DNA from: Myxococcota bacterium | Lineage (GTDB): Bacteria; Myxococcota_A; UBA9160; JAFDDA01 | Direction: 5' to 3' | NCBI GenBank assembly: GCA_965228475.1 | Contig: OZ245817.1 | Span: 3,360,001 to 3,424,000 of the forward strand | Length of the DNA stretch: 64,000 nucleotides | Shown: piece after piece, positions 19,166 to 28,905 of the stretch | Layout of the letters: each line of letters begins with the position of its first letter | Numbering within the stretch: the first letter of the stretch is position 1 | The notes under the pieces: generated by a model | Seen by the model: the letters and a program-made list of their open reading frames with translations, nothing else | What the model was told of the DNA's origin: nothing | Database searches by the model: none | Made by a program: the position numbers and the translations under genes

Positions 19166-20554
19166 CTACGCGAGCGTCACGCCGGGCAGGTAGTTGGCGT
19201 GGAAGCCGTGCGGCAGGCGGTGCGGGAGCTTCACCCGGGCCAGCGGCCCATCGGCGAGGTTCTCGGCGTCGAGAACGGCGAGCTCGCCGTGATCCGTCTC
19301 GGGGTTCCACAGGCTGACGAGGACGAAGCCCTCCCCTTCCGGTGCCTCCGGCGAGCGCGCGGCGAAGACGGCCTCGCCGGTGTAGCCCCCGAGGCGGGCT
19401 TCGCTGCGGGTGCCGCGATCGAAGTCGTAGCGGGCCACGCCGTCGAACAGGCCGAGGGCCTTGCTTCCCTCCGTGTAGAGGCTCGAGATGCCGAAGCGGC
19501 AACCGTCCATCGCGAAGCGGTCGTCGATGCGCGGGAACTCGCAGGGGTTGTCGTCGAGGGTCTCCTCCTTCACGCCGCCGGCCGCGAGATCGATCGTCCA
19601 GCGCGTGAGGTAGGGCGGCGTGCCGCCTTCGAGGCCCGCCTCGGGGTCGTCGAAGAGCGCGAGGGATTCCATGCGGCACACGTCGGCCACGATCTGCGAG
19701 CCCTCGCTCGCGGCGTTCATCACGTGGAAGACGTAGCAGGCGGGGATCTCGAACCAGCGGACGTCGGCGGCCCCGCCCTCGCGCGGCATCACGCCGAGGC
19801 GCGTTCCGAGCTCGGGTTCCCAGCGGATCGGCTGCTCCGAGAGCAGGTTCTCCGTGCGGAAGGTCGCCGGGCAGACCATGAACACCACGTGGTCCCGGGT
19901 CACGATCACGTCGTGCATCATCGTGGCGACGGGCACGTCGATGGCCTCGCTCCGGACGAGCGTGCCGTCCGCGGCGACGACGTGGTAGCGGAGGAAGGGC
20001 GGCACGGGGGAGTAGCCGAAGAAGAGCATTTCCCCGCTCACCGGGTCGACGTGCGGGTGGGCCGTCATCGGGCCCTCGAGCGCGCCGCCGAAGTCGTGCA
20101 CGCCGCGGGTCTCGAGCGTCCGCGGGTCGACCTCCGTCGGCGCGGCCGCCTCGAACAGGGCGAGGAAGCGCCCCGCGTGCTCGACCAGATGCGTGTTGGC
20201 GGCGTTGAAGGAGACGCCGAGGGCGCGCGGGTCGTTGTTGGTGATGTCGAGCAGGCCGCCGAAGAGGCTCTCGCCCGCCGCCTGCTCGGCCAGGAACTTC
20301 TCCGTCCGCAGCCAGCGGTTCTTGTAGCGGCACTTGCCGCCCGAGAACGAGAAGGCGTGGACCATCGCGTCGCCGTCGAACCAGTGGTAGCGGGTCCGCG
20401 GCGGGAACTGCGGGTTCGGACCGTTTCGGTAGAACGTCCCCTCGAGCGCTTCGGGGATCTCCCCCTCGACCTCGCATTCGGCGATGTCGACCTCGTGGGG
20501 CCACGGGGCGTAGTTGTCGCGCAGGTACGGATTGTCCTTGGGGAACTGACTCAC
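19166..20554 (-). CDS. Carotenoid oxygenase / lignostilbene dioxygenase family protein
   Basis: RNGPNP, HWFDGD, four Fe-binding His (TAHP, MHD, FHV, GFHA), EFPRID; GTGA overlap with the TetR stop. Confidence 0.93.
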   Translation of the reverse strand: MSQFPKDNPYLRDNYAPWPHEVDIAECEVEGEIPEALEGTFYRNGPNPQFPPRTRYHWFDGDAMVHAFSFSGGKCRYKNRWLRTEKFLAEQAAGESLFGGLLDITNNDPRALGVSFNAANTHLVEHAGRFLALFEAAAPTEVDPRTLETRGVHDFGGALEGPMTAHPHVDPVSGEMLFFGYSPVPPFLRYHVVAADGTLVRSEAIDVPVATMMHDVIVTRDHVVFMVCPATFRTENLLSEQPIRWEPELGTRLGVMPREGGAADVRWFEIPACYVFHVMNAASEGSQIVADVCRMESLALFDDPEAGLEGGTPPYLTRWTIDLAAGGVKEETLDDNPCEFPRIDDRFAMDGCRFGISSLYTEGSKALGLFDGVARYDFDRGTRSEARLGGYTGEAVFAARSPEAPEGEGFVLVSLWNPETDHGELAVLDAENLADGPLARVKLPHRLPHGFHANYLPGVTLA

Positions 20555-21195
20555 GGAAGACTCCCAGGCAGCCCGCCCTTCCGGGCGACCGCCGCATGAA
20601 CGCAACGCACGGTTTCTTGCAGCCACTCAGTCTCGCGGCTTCCGTCCTCGTCGACGAAGCAGCCGGTCAGGCCGGCGGTGACGATCCCGAAGACGAGCCG
20701 CGCGACGATCTCCGGACGCATCGGGCGCACGCGTCCGGCGTCCTCCTGGCGAACGAGCAGGTCCGCCAGCGCGGCCTCGATGCGCTCGCGCACGGCGGAC
20801 TCGGCGAGGTCGCGGTGCTCGCCGTTCGAGAGACGGGCGAAGGCGCGGACGAGCGCGCGGTTCTCCCGGGCGAAGGCGAAGACCGAAGCGAGCATGGCCT
20901 CGGCGCCGTCCGCCGCGGCGCCACCTTCCACTGCGGTTCCGGAGAAGGCGGACTCGAAGGCACCTTCCCCGAGCTGCCCGGCCACGGCGGCGAGGATCCC
21001 CCGCTTCGAACCGAAGTGGTGGTAGAGGAGCCCCTCGGAGACCCCGGCCTTCCGAGCCACGCGGGCGGAGGTCATGGCCTCGTAGCCCTCGTTGCCGAGA
21101 AAGGAGGCGGCGGCCCCGAGGATCCGGTCCCGGCTCTCGGCGGGATCCCGGCGCACGGGGCGGCGCTTGCGGGCGGCGGCGGGCGGGCGGGCCAT
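20551..21195 (-). CDS. TetR/AcrR family regulator
   Basis: RDRILGAA...GY..MT..VARKAGVSEGLLYHHFGSK HTH. Confidence 0.92.
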   Translation of the reverse strand: MARPPAAARKRRPVRRDPAESRDRILGAAASFLGNEGYEAMTSARVARKAGVSEGLLYHHFGSKRGILAAVAGQLGEGAFESAFSGTAVEGGAAADGAEAMLASVFAFARENRALVRAFARLSNGEHRDLAESAVRERIEAALADLLVRQEDAGRVRPMRPEIVARLVFGIVTAGLTGCFVDEDGSRETEWLQETVRCVHAAVARKGGLPGSLP

Positions 21196-21200
21196 GGCCC

Positions 21201-21230
21201 AACCTAACTGAGCGGCACTCAGTCCCTCAA
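21201..21230 (-). promoter_or_regulatory. TetR promoter with palindromic operator
   Basis: Minus strand TTGAGG-18-TAGGTT; the spacer is filled by ACTGAG-N5-CTCAGT (21207-21223). Confidence 0.75.
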
Positions 21231-21270
21231 GCGGATCTTTCACCGCCCGGCCTGCCCAGGGGCGCCCGAA

Positions 21271-22623
21271 TCAGGAAACCGAGAGGTATTGCGCGACCTT
21301 GGGCGCCTGGTCCGTGGTGGTGATGATGAGCACCAGGTCCCCGACCTCGACCGTGTCCTCGCCCGAGGGCAGGAGCAGGTCGTCGCCCCGCCGCAGGGCG
21401 GCGATCAGGACGCCCCGCGGCAGGCCCACCTCCGAGATCGGCGCCCGGGTGATCGGACTCCCGCGGACCGCCTCGGCCTCGACGACCTCGACGCGGTCTT
21501 CGAGCAGCGGCGCGACGCTGCGCACCCCGGCCCCGTGGATGTGCTGGAGCGTCAGGCCGATCGCCAGCAGGCGCGGGCTGATGATCGCGTCGATGCCGAC
21601 GTCGCCCATCAGGTTCACGAGCGCCGGGTTGTCGACCAGGGCGAAGGCCCGCGCGGCTCCGAGGCGCTTCGCGAGCAGACCGGCCACGAGGTTGATCTCG
21701 TGGTCGGGGGTCGCGGCGATGAAGGTCGCGACGCGGTCGACGTCCTCCTCGAGCAGGAGCCCCCGGTCGGTCGCGTGGCCCATCACGACGAGCGTATCGC
21801 CGAGCTGGTCGGCGGCGGCCTGGGCGAGGTCCGGATCCGGCTCGACGAGCACGACGCGGCCCTCGTGCCCCTCGAGGCGGCGCGCGAGGTCGAGGCCGAT
21901 CCGGCTCGCGCCGGCGATCATGATCGTCTTGCGCCGCTCCTCCTGGGCCCCGACGAGGGAGACGACGTCGTCGAGGTGCCGGCGCGCGATCGCGAAGTAG
22001 ACGATGTCCTGGGCGCGGATCTCCTCCTCGCCGTGCGGCACGATCCAGTTGCCGTTGCGGTCGATGGCCGCGACCACCGAGGGCGTCCCGGCGAAGGCGA
22101 GGCGCATGAACGAGACGGGCTGGTCCACGAAGTCCGAGCTCTCGCCGATCTTGAAGGCGACCATCATCAGGCGCCCGCCCATGAACTCGACGACGTCGAG
22201 GGCCGAGGGCACCTCGAGGAGCTTCGCGATGCGGTCGACCGCAGCCGCCTCCGGGTCGACGCACACGTGCTCGAAGGGGTGGTCGCGGCTGACGAGCGAG
22301 AAGCCTTCCATGTGGTCCGGGTCCCGCAGCCGCACGACGATGTGCGAAACGCGGAAGAGCGACGCCGCGAGCAGGCCGACGATCATGTTCGTCTCGTCGG
22401 AGTTCGACATGCCGACGATCAGCTCGGCATTCTCGATGCCGGCGGCGCGCAGCACCGGCGCCTTGGCTCCGTTGCCCTGGACCACCTGGACGTCGAGCCG
22501 CTCGTCGAGGGCGCGGGCCGTCGCCGGGTCCTGCTCGATCAGGGTGATGTCGTGGCCGTCGTGGCTGAGCTTGTCCGCGAGGGTCTCGCCCACCAGGCCA
22601 CCGCCGACGATCAGGATTCGCAT
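21271..22623 (-). CDS. trkA: Trk potassium uptake protein TrkA
   Basis: Two RCK_N (GGGLVG; GASRIG) plus RCK_C repeats, 450 aa. Confidence 0.92.
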   Translation of the reverse strand: MRILIVGGGLVGETLADKLSHDGHDITLIEQDPATARALDERLDVQVVQGNGAKAPVLRAAGIENAELIVGMSNSDETNMIVGLLAASLFRVSHIVVRLRDPDHMEGFSLVSRDHPFEHVCVDPEAAAVDRIAKLLEVPSALDVVEFMGGRLMMVAFKIGESSDFVDQPVSFMRLAFAGTPSVVAAIDRNGNWIVPHGEEEIRAQDIVYFAIARRHLDDVVSLVGAQEERRKTIMIAGASRIGLDLARRLEGHEGRVVLVEPDPDLAQAAADQLGDTLVVMGHATDRGLLLEEDVDRVATFIAATPDHEINLVAGLLAKRLGAARAFALVDNPALVNLMGDVGIDAIISPRLLAIGLTLQHIHGAGVRSVAPLLEDRVEVVEAEAVRGSPITRAPISEVGLPRGVLIAALRRGDDLLLPSGEDTVEVGDLVLIITTTDQAPKVAQYLSVS

Positions 22624-22686
22624 GCGGCCCGGAATCTAGGCTTTCGCGTACCGGGCGGCTAGCGGCCTCTCGCGGCGCGGGGCGGC

Positions 22687-24072
22687 CTACAGCCGCGCGG
22701 GGATGAGCAACATCGCCACCACGTTCACGGCCGTGACCGCGAGCGCCACCAGGAACGTGTACCCGACGACGTCGCCGAAGCGCAGTCGCATGACCGTGAG
22801 GATCGGGATGGCGAAGAAGGGCTGGATCAGGTTCGTCGTGCTGTCTCCGTAGGCGTAGGCGAGCACGAGGGTGCGGATGGAGATGCCGAGTTCCTCCCCC
22901 GCCGGCACGAGGAACGGCGCCTCGATCAGCCACTTCGAGCCGGCCGAGGGGACGAAGAGGTTCATGAAGCCCGAGTAGAGGTAGACGAGCAGCGGGAAGG
23001 TCTCGGTGCTCGCGATGCGCGCGAAGCCGTCGCCGAGCCAGTCCCCGAGGCCCGTGTGGATCATCAGCCCGAAGATCCCCGCGTAGAACGGGAACTGCAG
23101 GACGATCCCCCACGCGGCGTCGACGCCGCGCCGGCAGGCCTCGAGGAACGAGGGCGCGCGCCCGTGCAGGAGCAGCGCGGTCACGAGGAACACGACGTTG
23201 TAGGCGTTGATCGTCCACGACGTGCCGAAGCCCTTCGTGACGATCGAGTGCCCGAGCGGGTAGGCCATGAGCGCGGCCGCGAGGAGCACCCAGCCGCGGA
23301 AGCGGTCCATGCTGCCCGCGGGCGTATCGGGCACCGGCGGCTCCGCGGGCGGCTCGGGGAGGATGGCGTCGAGCTGCTCGGGCGTGAGCGTCACGCGGCC
23401 TTCCTTCGGGTGGAGCGCGAGCACGGTCGCCATCCCGACCGCACCGATCAGCACCAGGTAGACGAGGTTGAAGGTCGAGAAGAGCGTCTCGGTGACGGGC
23501 ACCAGGACGTCGACGACCGGCTCGCCCACCGCCGGGGCCACGAGCGGGTTGCCCGGGGTCGCAAGGATCAGCGGCGCCGAGCCCGAGAGCCCGCCGTGCC
23601 AGACCGTGCCCATCCCGACGTAGCAGCCGACGATCAAGAGGCGTACGTCGGCGTTCGGGTTGCGGCGGCAGAGGAACGGCACGAAGAGCGCGCAGCCGAC
23701 CAGGCAGAGCGCCCAGTTCAGATACGCCGTACCGAGCGAGACCGCGGCGGCCAGAGCGACGGCCTGGAGCGGCTTCTCCGGGTCCGGGAGGCCGGCCAGG
23801 CGGTCGAGCCCGCGATAGACGGGCCGGGACGTCACGCAGGCGTGGGCGGCGACCATGGCGATCGTGAACTGCATGGCCAGGGTCAGCAGATTCCACATGC
23901 CGGCCCCCCAGGCGAGCACCGCCTCCTCGGGGCCGACCCCGGCCCCTGCGATCGCCAGGACCAGGGCGAGTGCCGTCAGGATCATGCAGATCACCCAGGA
24001 ATCGGGGACCCAGCGTTCCGTCGCCCGGGAGAGGGCCGCGCCGCCAGCGCGAAATGCGTCGAGAAGCTTCAT
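22687..24072 (-). CDS. Short-chain fatty acid transporter (AtoE/TIGR00366 family)
   Basis: ERWVPDS, WHGGLSGSAPL, QFPFYAGIFG, NLFVPSAG, TNLIQPF. Confidence 0.9.
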   Translation of the reverse strand: MKLLDAFRAGGAALSRATERWVPDSWVICMILTALALVLAIAGAGVGPEEAVLAWGAGMWNLLTLAMQFTIAMVAAHACVTSRPVYRGLDRLAGLPDPEKPLQAVALAAAVSLGTAYLNWALCLVGCALFVPFLCRRNPNADVRLLIVGCYVGMGTVWHGGLSGSAPLILATPGNPLVAPAVGEPVVDVLVPVTETLFSTFNLVYLVLIGAVGMATVLALHPKEGRVTLTPEQLDAILPEPPAEPPVPDTPAGSMDRFRGWVLLAAALMAYPLGHSIVTKGFGTSWTINAYNVVFLVTALLLHGRAPSFLEACRRGVDAAWGIVLQFPFYAGIFGLMIHTGLGDWLGDGFARIASTETFPLLVYLYSGFMNLFVPSAGSKWLIEAPFLVPAGEELGISIRTLVLAYAYGDSTTNLIQPFFAIPILTVMRLRFGDVVGYTFLVALAVTAVNVVAMLLIPARL

Positions 24073-24226
24073 CGCTGGCCCCTCCCGGCTCGGGCGCGGT
24101 TACCCTATCGGGCAGGCCGCGCCCAGCCAAGTCCGAAAGAGGATGCATCACCGTTGACCGACGACTCGAGCGCGGACCCTTCTTCGCGAGCCACGGACCG
24201 TTGAGCCCCCGGCCGAGGAGCGCCCG

Positions 24227-26170
24227 GTGACGGCCGGCCCGAACGCCGCGGCCGAACGCCGCGAGGCCCTCCAGCGCCTGGGCGAGGGGAGCAGCCAGGA
24301 CCGGCTGGGCTTCCGGCTCGTGCTCCAGATCTTCGCGCGCTGCCTCACCCTGCTGCGCGGCGTGCGCCGCCACGTCGTGGCCCTCGTGCTCGGCTGGACG
24401 ATCTTCCTGACCGTCGCGATCGCACCGGGCCTCGTGCTCTCGGACCTCTTCCTCACCCGCGTCCTGCTCGGAGAACCGCTGACGGAGCTCCAGGCGACCC
24501 TGGTGCGCATGGACCCGGCGGAGACCGTCGAGGTCGAGGCGCTCACCCAGGAGCAGCGCCGCACCGTCGCGCGGCGCGGGCTGCTCGTCGTCCCGATGGC
24601 GCTGCCGCTCGTCCTCGCCGTGCTCGGCCTCTCCTACTACTACATCTGGATCCTGCAGCGCGTGAACCAGGTGCTGCGGCTCGAAATGCTCGCACGGCTG
24701 CAGACGCTCTCGCTCCGCTTCCACTCCGGGACGCGCGTCGGCGATGCCATCTACCGCGTCTATCAGGACAGCGCGATGGCGACGCAGCTCATCGAGGTGA
24801 TGATCCTCGTCCCCCTGCGCGGCCTCGCCTTCTTCGCGATCGGGTGCGTCGCGGTGGCGATGCTGGCGCCCAAGTTCGGCTGGCTCCTGCTGGCCGTCGT
24901 CCCGCTCCAGCTTCTCGTGGGCGCGCTGTTCTCGAAGCCCCTCCGGGTCCGCTTCCGCAGCGCCCGCGAGGCGAACAGCCGGCTCACCTCACGCATCCAG
25001 GAGACCGTCTCGGGCATCCGCGTGCTCAAGGCCTTCGGCGCCGAGCGGCGCGAGCAGGAGCGGTTCGAGGAAGCGTCGACGGAAGCCTTCCAGGCCGCCT
25101 ATCGCGCGCGCAGCGTCCTCGCGATCTACGGCGTGCTCCTGTTCCTGACGCTCGGCTTCGTCGCCATCAGCGGCATCGCCCTCGCCGCCGTCGAGACGGC
25201 CAGGGGCTCGGGTCTACGCGCCGAGTGGATCGCCGTCTACCTCGGCATCAATGTCTGGACGCTCGGCGTGTACCAGTTCTTCAAGGATCGCTTCAGCTCC
25301 GGCGGCCGGGGCTTCCGCATGCTGCTTCGCATGTGGGGCAAGGGCCAGGACATCGCCGTCGGCCTCGACCGCGTGTTCGAGCTGCTCGACCTCGAGCCCG
25401 AGGTCGAGGACGCCCCTCATGCAAAGCCCCTCGCGCCGCTTCGCCAGGGCGTCCGCTTCCGCGACGTCTCCTTCCGGTACCAGCCGGACCGTCCGTGCCT
25501 CGAATCCGTCGATCTCGAAGCGGGCACGGGCACCATCACCGCGCTCGTCGGCCCGACGGGCTCGGGCAAGAGCACGCTCGTCACCCTCCTGCTTCGGCTC
25601 TTCGACCCGGACGGCGGCCGCATCGAGATCGACGGCGTCGACCTGAAGGACGTCCAGCTCGAGAGCCTGCGCGAGAACGTCTCGATCGCCCTGCAGGAGA
25701 ACCTGCTCTTCGGAACGACCATCCGCGAGAACATCCGCTTCGCGGTGCCCGACGCCAGCGACGAGGCCGTGCGCGCGGCGGCGCGGGTCGCCTGCGCGGA
25801 CGAGTTCATCGAACGTCTGCCCGAGGGCTACGACACCCTGCTCGGCGAGCGCGGCGCCAAGCTCTCGACGGGGCAGCGCCAGCGCATCTCGATCGCCCGG
25901 GCGATCCTCAAGGACGCGCCGATCCTCGTCCTCGACGAGCCCACCGCCTCCCTCGACGCGGCGACCGAGCTCGAGGTGCTGAAGCGCCTCGCCGCCTGGG
26001 GCGAGGGGCGCGTGATCTTCCTCGTGACCCACCGGCTCAGCACGATCCGCCGGGCCGACCAGATCGTGGTGCTGCGCGACGGCCGGATCGTCGAGCGCGG
26101 AACCCACGACGACCTCCTCCGCGAAGAGGGCAGCTACCGGCGGCACGTCGAGCTCGAGGCCGCATCGTGA
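24227..26170 (+). CDS. ABC exporter, fused permease/ATPase (half transporter 1)
   Basis: TM domain, Walker A GPTGSGKST, LSTGQ signature, ILVLDE, THRLS. Confidence 0.92.
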   Translation: MTAGPNAAAERREALQRLGEGSSQDRLGFRLVLQIFARCLTLLRGVRRHVVALVLGWTIFLTVAIAPGLVLSDLFLTRVLLGEPLTELQATLVRMDPAETVEVEALTQEQRRTVARRGLLVVPMALPLVLAVLGLSYYYIWILQRVNQVLRLEMLARLQTLSLRFHSGTRVGDAIYRVYQDSAMATQLIEVMILVPLRGLAFFAIGCVAVAMLAPKFGWLLLAVVPLQLLVGALFSKPLRVRFRSAREANSRLTSRIQETVSGIRVLKAFGAERREQERFEEASTEAFQAAYRARSVLAIYGVLLFLTLGFVAISGIALAAVETARGSGLRAEWIAVYLGINVWTLGVYQFFKDRFSSGGRGFRMLLRMWGKGQDIAVGLDRVFELLDLEPEVEDAPHAKPLAPLRQGVRFRDVSFRYQPDRPCLESVDLEAGTGTITALVGPTGSGKSTLVTLLLRLFDPDGGRIEIDGVDLKDVQLESLRENVSIALQENLLFGTTIRENIRFAVPDASDEAVRAAARVACADEFIERLPEGYDTLLGERGAKLSTGQRQRISIARAILKDAPILVLDEPTASLDAATELEVLKRLAAWGEGRVIFLVTHRLSTIRRADQIVVLRDGRIVERGTHDDLLREEGSYRRHVELEAAS

Positions 26171-28158
26171 GCGAACCGACGGCGACGGCCCGGCCGGGCC
26201 TCCAGGAGAGCACGCAGATCAGCGCCGGGGAGACCGTTCGCCTCTTCCGCGAAGCGATCTCCTGGGTGCGCCCCCTGCGCGGGCGGTTCCTGTTCAAGGC
26301 GCTGGTCGTCGTGATCTCCGTCCTGCCGATGCTCTTCCTGCCCTTCCCGATCAAGATCTTCACGGACCACGTCATCCTGGCGATGCCGATCGCCGGCGCG
26401 CTCGACCAGTACCCGCCGTTCCTGCACGGCATCGTCTCCTGGATGGCCGCGGGGGCGCCCGCCGAGATCGCGATGCGCACCGCGGGGGTCCAGCTCGTCA
26501 CCCTGGTCCTGTTCGGTGCCTTCGGCGTGACCCTTCGCGAGCGCGACACCGCCGACGCGAACGTCGCCCAGGGCCAGGACACGGCGACGCAGACCGAGAA
26601 CGACGCCAACGTCGGCTTCACGCTCGGAGGCGGCCTGCTCGGGCTGCTCGACTACCACTTCACCCTGCGGCTCAGCCAGGACCTGAACCACCTCTACCGA
26701 TCGCGGCTGTTCGAGCGCATCCAGACGCTCCCGATGCGCGCCTTCGACGACGAGCGCATCGGCGACGCGGTCTACCGCGTCATGTACGACACGCCCGCGA
26801 TCACCCAGGTCTGCTACCGGATGATCCTCACGCCGATCGCCGCGCCAATCGGCATCCTCCTCATGGCGTGGATGCTCGCGACGCTCTTCGGGGACGACCC
26901 GTGGATCGTGTGGTCGGCGATGGCCGTGCTGCCGCTCACCCTGCTCGTGACGATCCCGTTCTCGGCGGTCTACCGGAACCGCGGTGAGCGCAGCCGCCTC
27001 GCCGGCTCCGGAACGACCTCGACCCTCGAGGAGGGCGTCCAGAACATCCTCGCCGTCCAGAGCCTCGGCGCCGAAGCGCTGCAGCGGAAGCGCTTCGACG
27101 CGGACTCGGATCGCTCCTTCGCCGAGTACCGCGGCATGGTCCGCGTCGTCATGGGCGCGATCTTCGTCGCCGTCCTGGCCGGTGGCGCGGCGGGCATCGT
27201 CCTCTTCCTGCACATGATCGACGAGGTGATCGCCGGAAACCTCACACCGGGCGACCTGACGCTGCTCACGACCTTCTACACCCAGATGGCGTTCATGGCC
27301 TTCGAGCTCGGCGGAGCGTGGTTCCTCTCCCAGAGCTCCGCCTCGGGCCTCCACCGCGTCTCCTTCCTGATGAAGCTCGCGGGCGAAGAGGATCCGCAGG
27401 GCATGCCGCCCCTCGCACCCCTCCGGGAGGGGCTTCGCTTCGAAGGCGTGGGGTTCCGCTACGGAAACGCGCAGGCGCTCGAGAACGTCGACTTCGAAGC
27501 GCCGCTCGGCTCCTTCACCGCCTTCGTCGGGCCGGCGGGCGCCGGCAAGACGACCCTCGCCTACATGATCCCGCGCTTCCTCGAGCCGGATGCGGGGCGC
27601 ATCCTCGCCGACGGCGTCGACGTGCGCGAAGCCACGCGGGCCTCCCTGCGCGACCAGGTCGCGTTCGTGTTCCAGGAGACCCAGCTCTTCGATGCGACGG
27701 TCGAGGAGAACCTCCGCATCGGCAACCCCGAGGCGAGCGATGCGGAACTGCGACGCGCCGCGCGCGTCGCTGGAGCGGACCGGTTCATCGAAGCGCTCCC
27801 GGAGGGCTACCGGACGCCCCTCGGCCGCGGCGGCGGGCGGCTCTCGACGGGCCAGAAGCAGCGGCTCGCCATCGCGCGCGCGCTCCTGCGCGACGCCCCG
27901 ATCCTGATCCTCGACGAGCCGACCTCGGCCCTCGACCCGGAGACCGAGCACGCGCTCGTCGCCGCGCTGCGCGAAGCCAGCCGGACGAAGCTCGTGATCG
28001 TGATCGCGCACCGGCTGTCTTCGATCCGCGCGGCCGACCAGATCCTCTTCCTGGAAGAGGGCCGCATCCTCGAACGCGGGAGCCACGAAGAGCTCATCGC
28101 GCGCGAGGGCGGCGCCTACCGGCGCTTCGTCGACCTCCAGACCCGCGGCGCGGCCTGA
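26167..28158 (+). CDS. ABC exporter, fused permease/ATPase (half transporter 2)
   Basis: GTGA overlap; GPAGAGKTT, LSTGQ, ILILDE, AHRLS; shares the GDAxYRVxxD motif with its partner. Confidence 0.92.
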   Translation: MSEPTATARPGLQESTQISAGETVRLFREAISWVRPLRGRFLFKALVVVISVLPMLFLPFPIKIFTDHVILAMPIAGALDQYPPFLHGIVSWMAAGAPAEIAMRTAGVQLVTLVLFGAFGVTLRERDTADANVAQGQDTATQTENDANVGFTLGGGLLGLLDYHFTLRLSQDLNHLYRSRLFERIQTLPMRAFDDERIGDAVYRVMYDTPAITQVCYRMILTPIAAPIGILLMAWMLATLFGDDPWIVWSAMAVLPLTLLVTIPFSAVYRNRGERSRLAGSGTTSTLEEGVQNILAVQSLGAEALQRKRFDADSDRSFAEYRGMVRVVMGAIFVAVLAGGAAGIVLFLHMIDEVIAGNLTPGDLTLLTTFYTQMAFMAFELGGAWFLSQSSASGLHRVSFLMKLAGEEDPQGMPPLAPLREGLRFEGVGFRYGNAQALENVDFEAPLGSFTAFVGPAGAGKTTLAYMIPRFLEPDAGRILADGVDVREATRASLRDQVAFVFQETQLFDATVEENLRIGNPEASDAELRRAARVAGADRFIEALPEGYRTPLGRGGGRLSTGQKQRLAIARALLRDAPILILDEPTSALDPETEHALVAALREASRTKLVIVIAHRLSSIRAADQILFLEEGRILERGSHEELIAREGGAYRRFVDLQTRGAA

Positions 28159-28165
28159 TCGAGGG

Positions 28166-28864
28166 CTACTCGATCCGCCGCAGGCGCCAGACGAAGTGCT
28201 GTGCCAAGAGCGTCTCGAGCGGCGGCGGCACGACGTAGCGGACCTTCTTACGCCCACCGGAGGTGAGGCGCGAGAGCCGCGTCAGCAGGGCCTGCTTCCC
28301 GAAGGAGGTGCGCGCCTCGAGCGCGAAGCCGCGTTCGCGCAGGAGCTTCTCGAGCTTCTTCTGGGTGAAGAAGCGGTAGTGGTAGCCCTCCTGCTTCGGC
28401 GGGTGGCCCGTGAGCGTGCGCCAGCGGTAGGTCCAGTGGACGACGTTCGGCGTCGTGAGCACGAGCCAGCCGCCGGGCCGTACGACGCGCGCCATCTCCT
28501 CCACCAGCGCTTCCGCGCGCACGATGTGCTCGATCACCTCGACGAGCGTGATGCCGTCGAGGCTCGCGTCGCGAAAGGGCAGCGGGTGGTTCAGGTCGCC
28601 CGCGACGGCCGGGTGCCCGGCCCTCGCCGCACCGGCGGCGTTGCGTGCGTAGAAGTCGAGGCCGAAGCCGCGGTGGCCGCCCTCCCCCATCCGCTCGAGG
28701 AACTCGCCGACGCCGCAGCCGAGGTCGACCCAGCGCCCGGCGTCCTTCGGCTCGGGGACGAGGCGCGAGGCGTAGGCGTACCACGGGCGGTCGGGCTTTC
28801 GGGCGCGCGTCGCGTCGGAAACGTGGGCGGAGGTCTCGATCGGCGCCCCGGGAGCGTTCGACAT
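28166..28864 (-). CDS. Class I SAM-dependent methyltransferase
   Basis: DLGCGVG, LPFRDASLD, EVIEH, RVVRPGG, TPN. Confidence 0.9.
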   Translation of the reverse strand: MSNAPGAPIETSAHVSDATRARKPDRPWYAYASRLVPEPKDAGRWVDLGCGVGEFLERMGEGGHRGFGLDFYARNAAGAARAGHPAVAGDLNHPLPFRDASLDGITLVEVIEHIVRAEALVEEMARVVRPGGWLVLTTPNVVHWTYRWRTLTGHPPKQEGYHYRFFTQKKLEKLLRERGFALEARTSFGKQALLTRLSRLTSGGRKKVRYVVPPPLETLLAQHFVWRLRRIE

Positions 28865-28905
28865 GGCCTCATGCTAGCAGCCCGCCGCCGGACGCTCTGC
28901 GGCGT

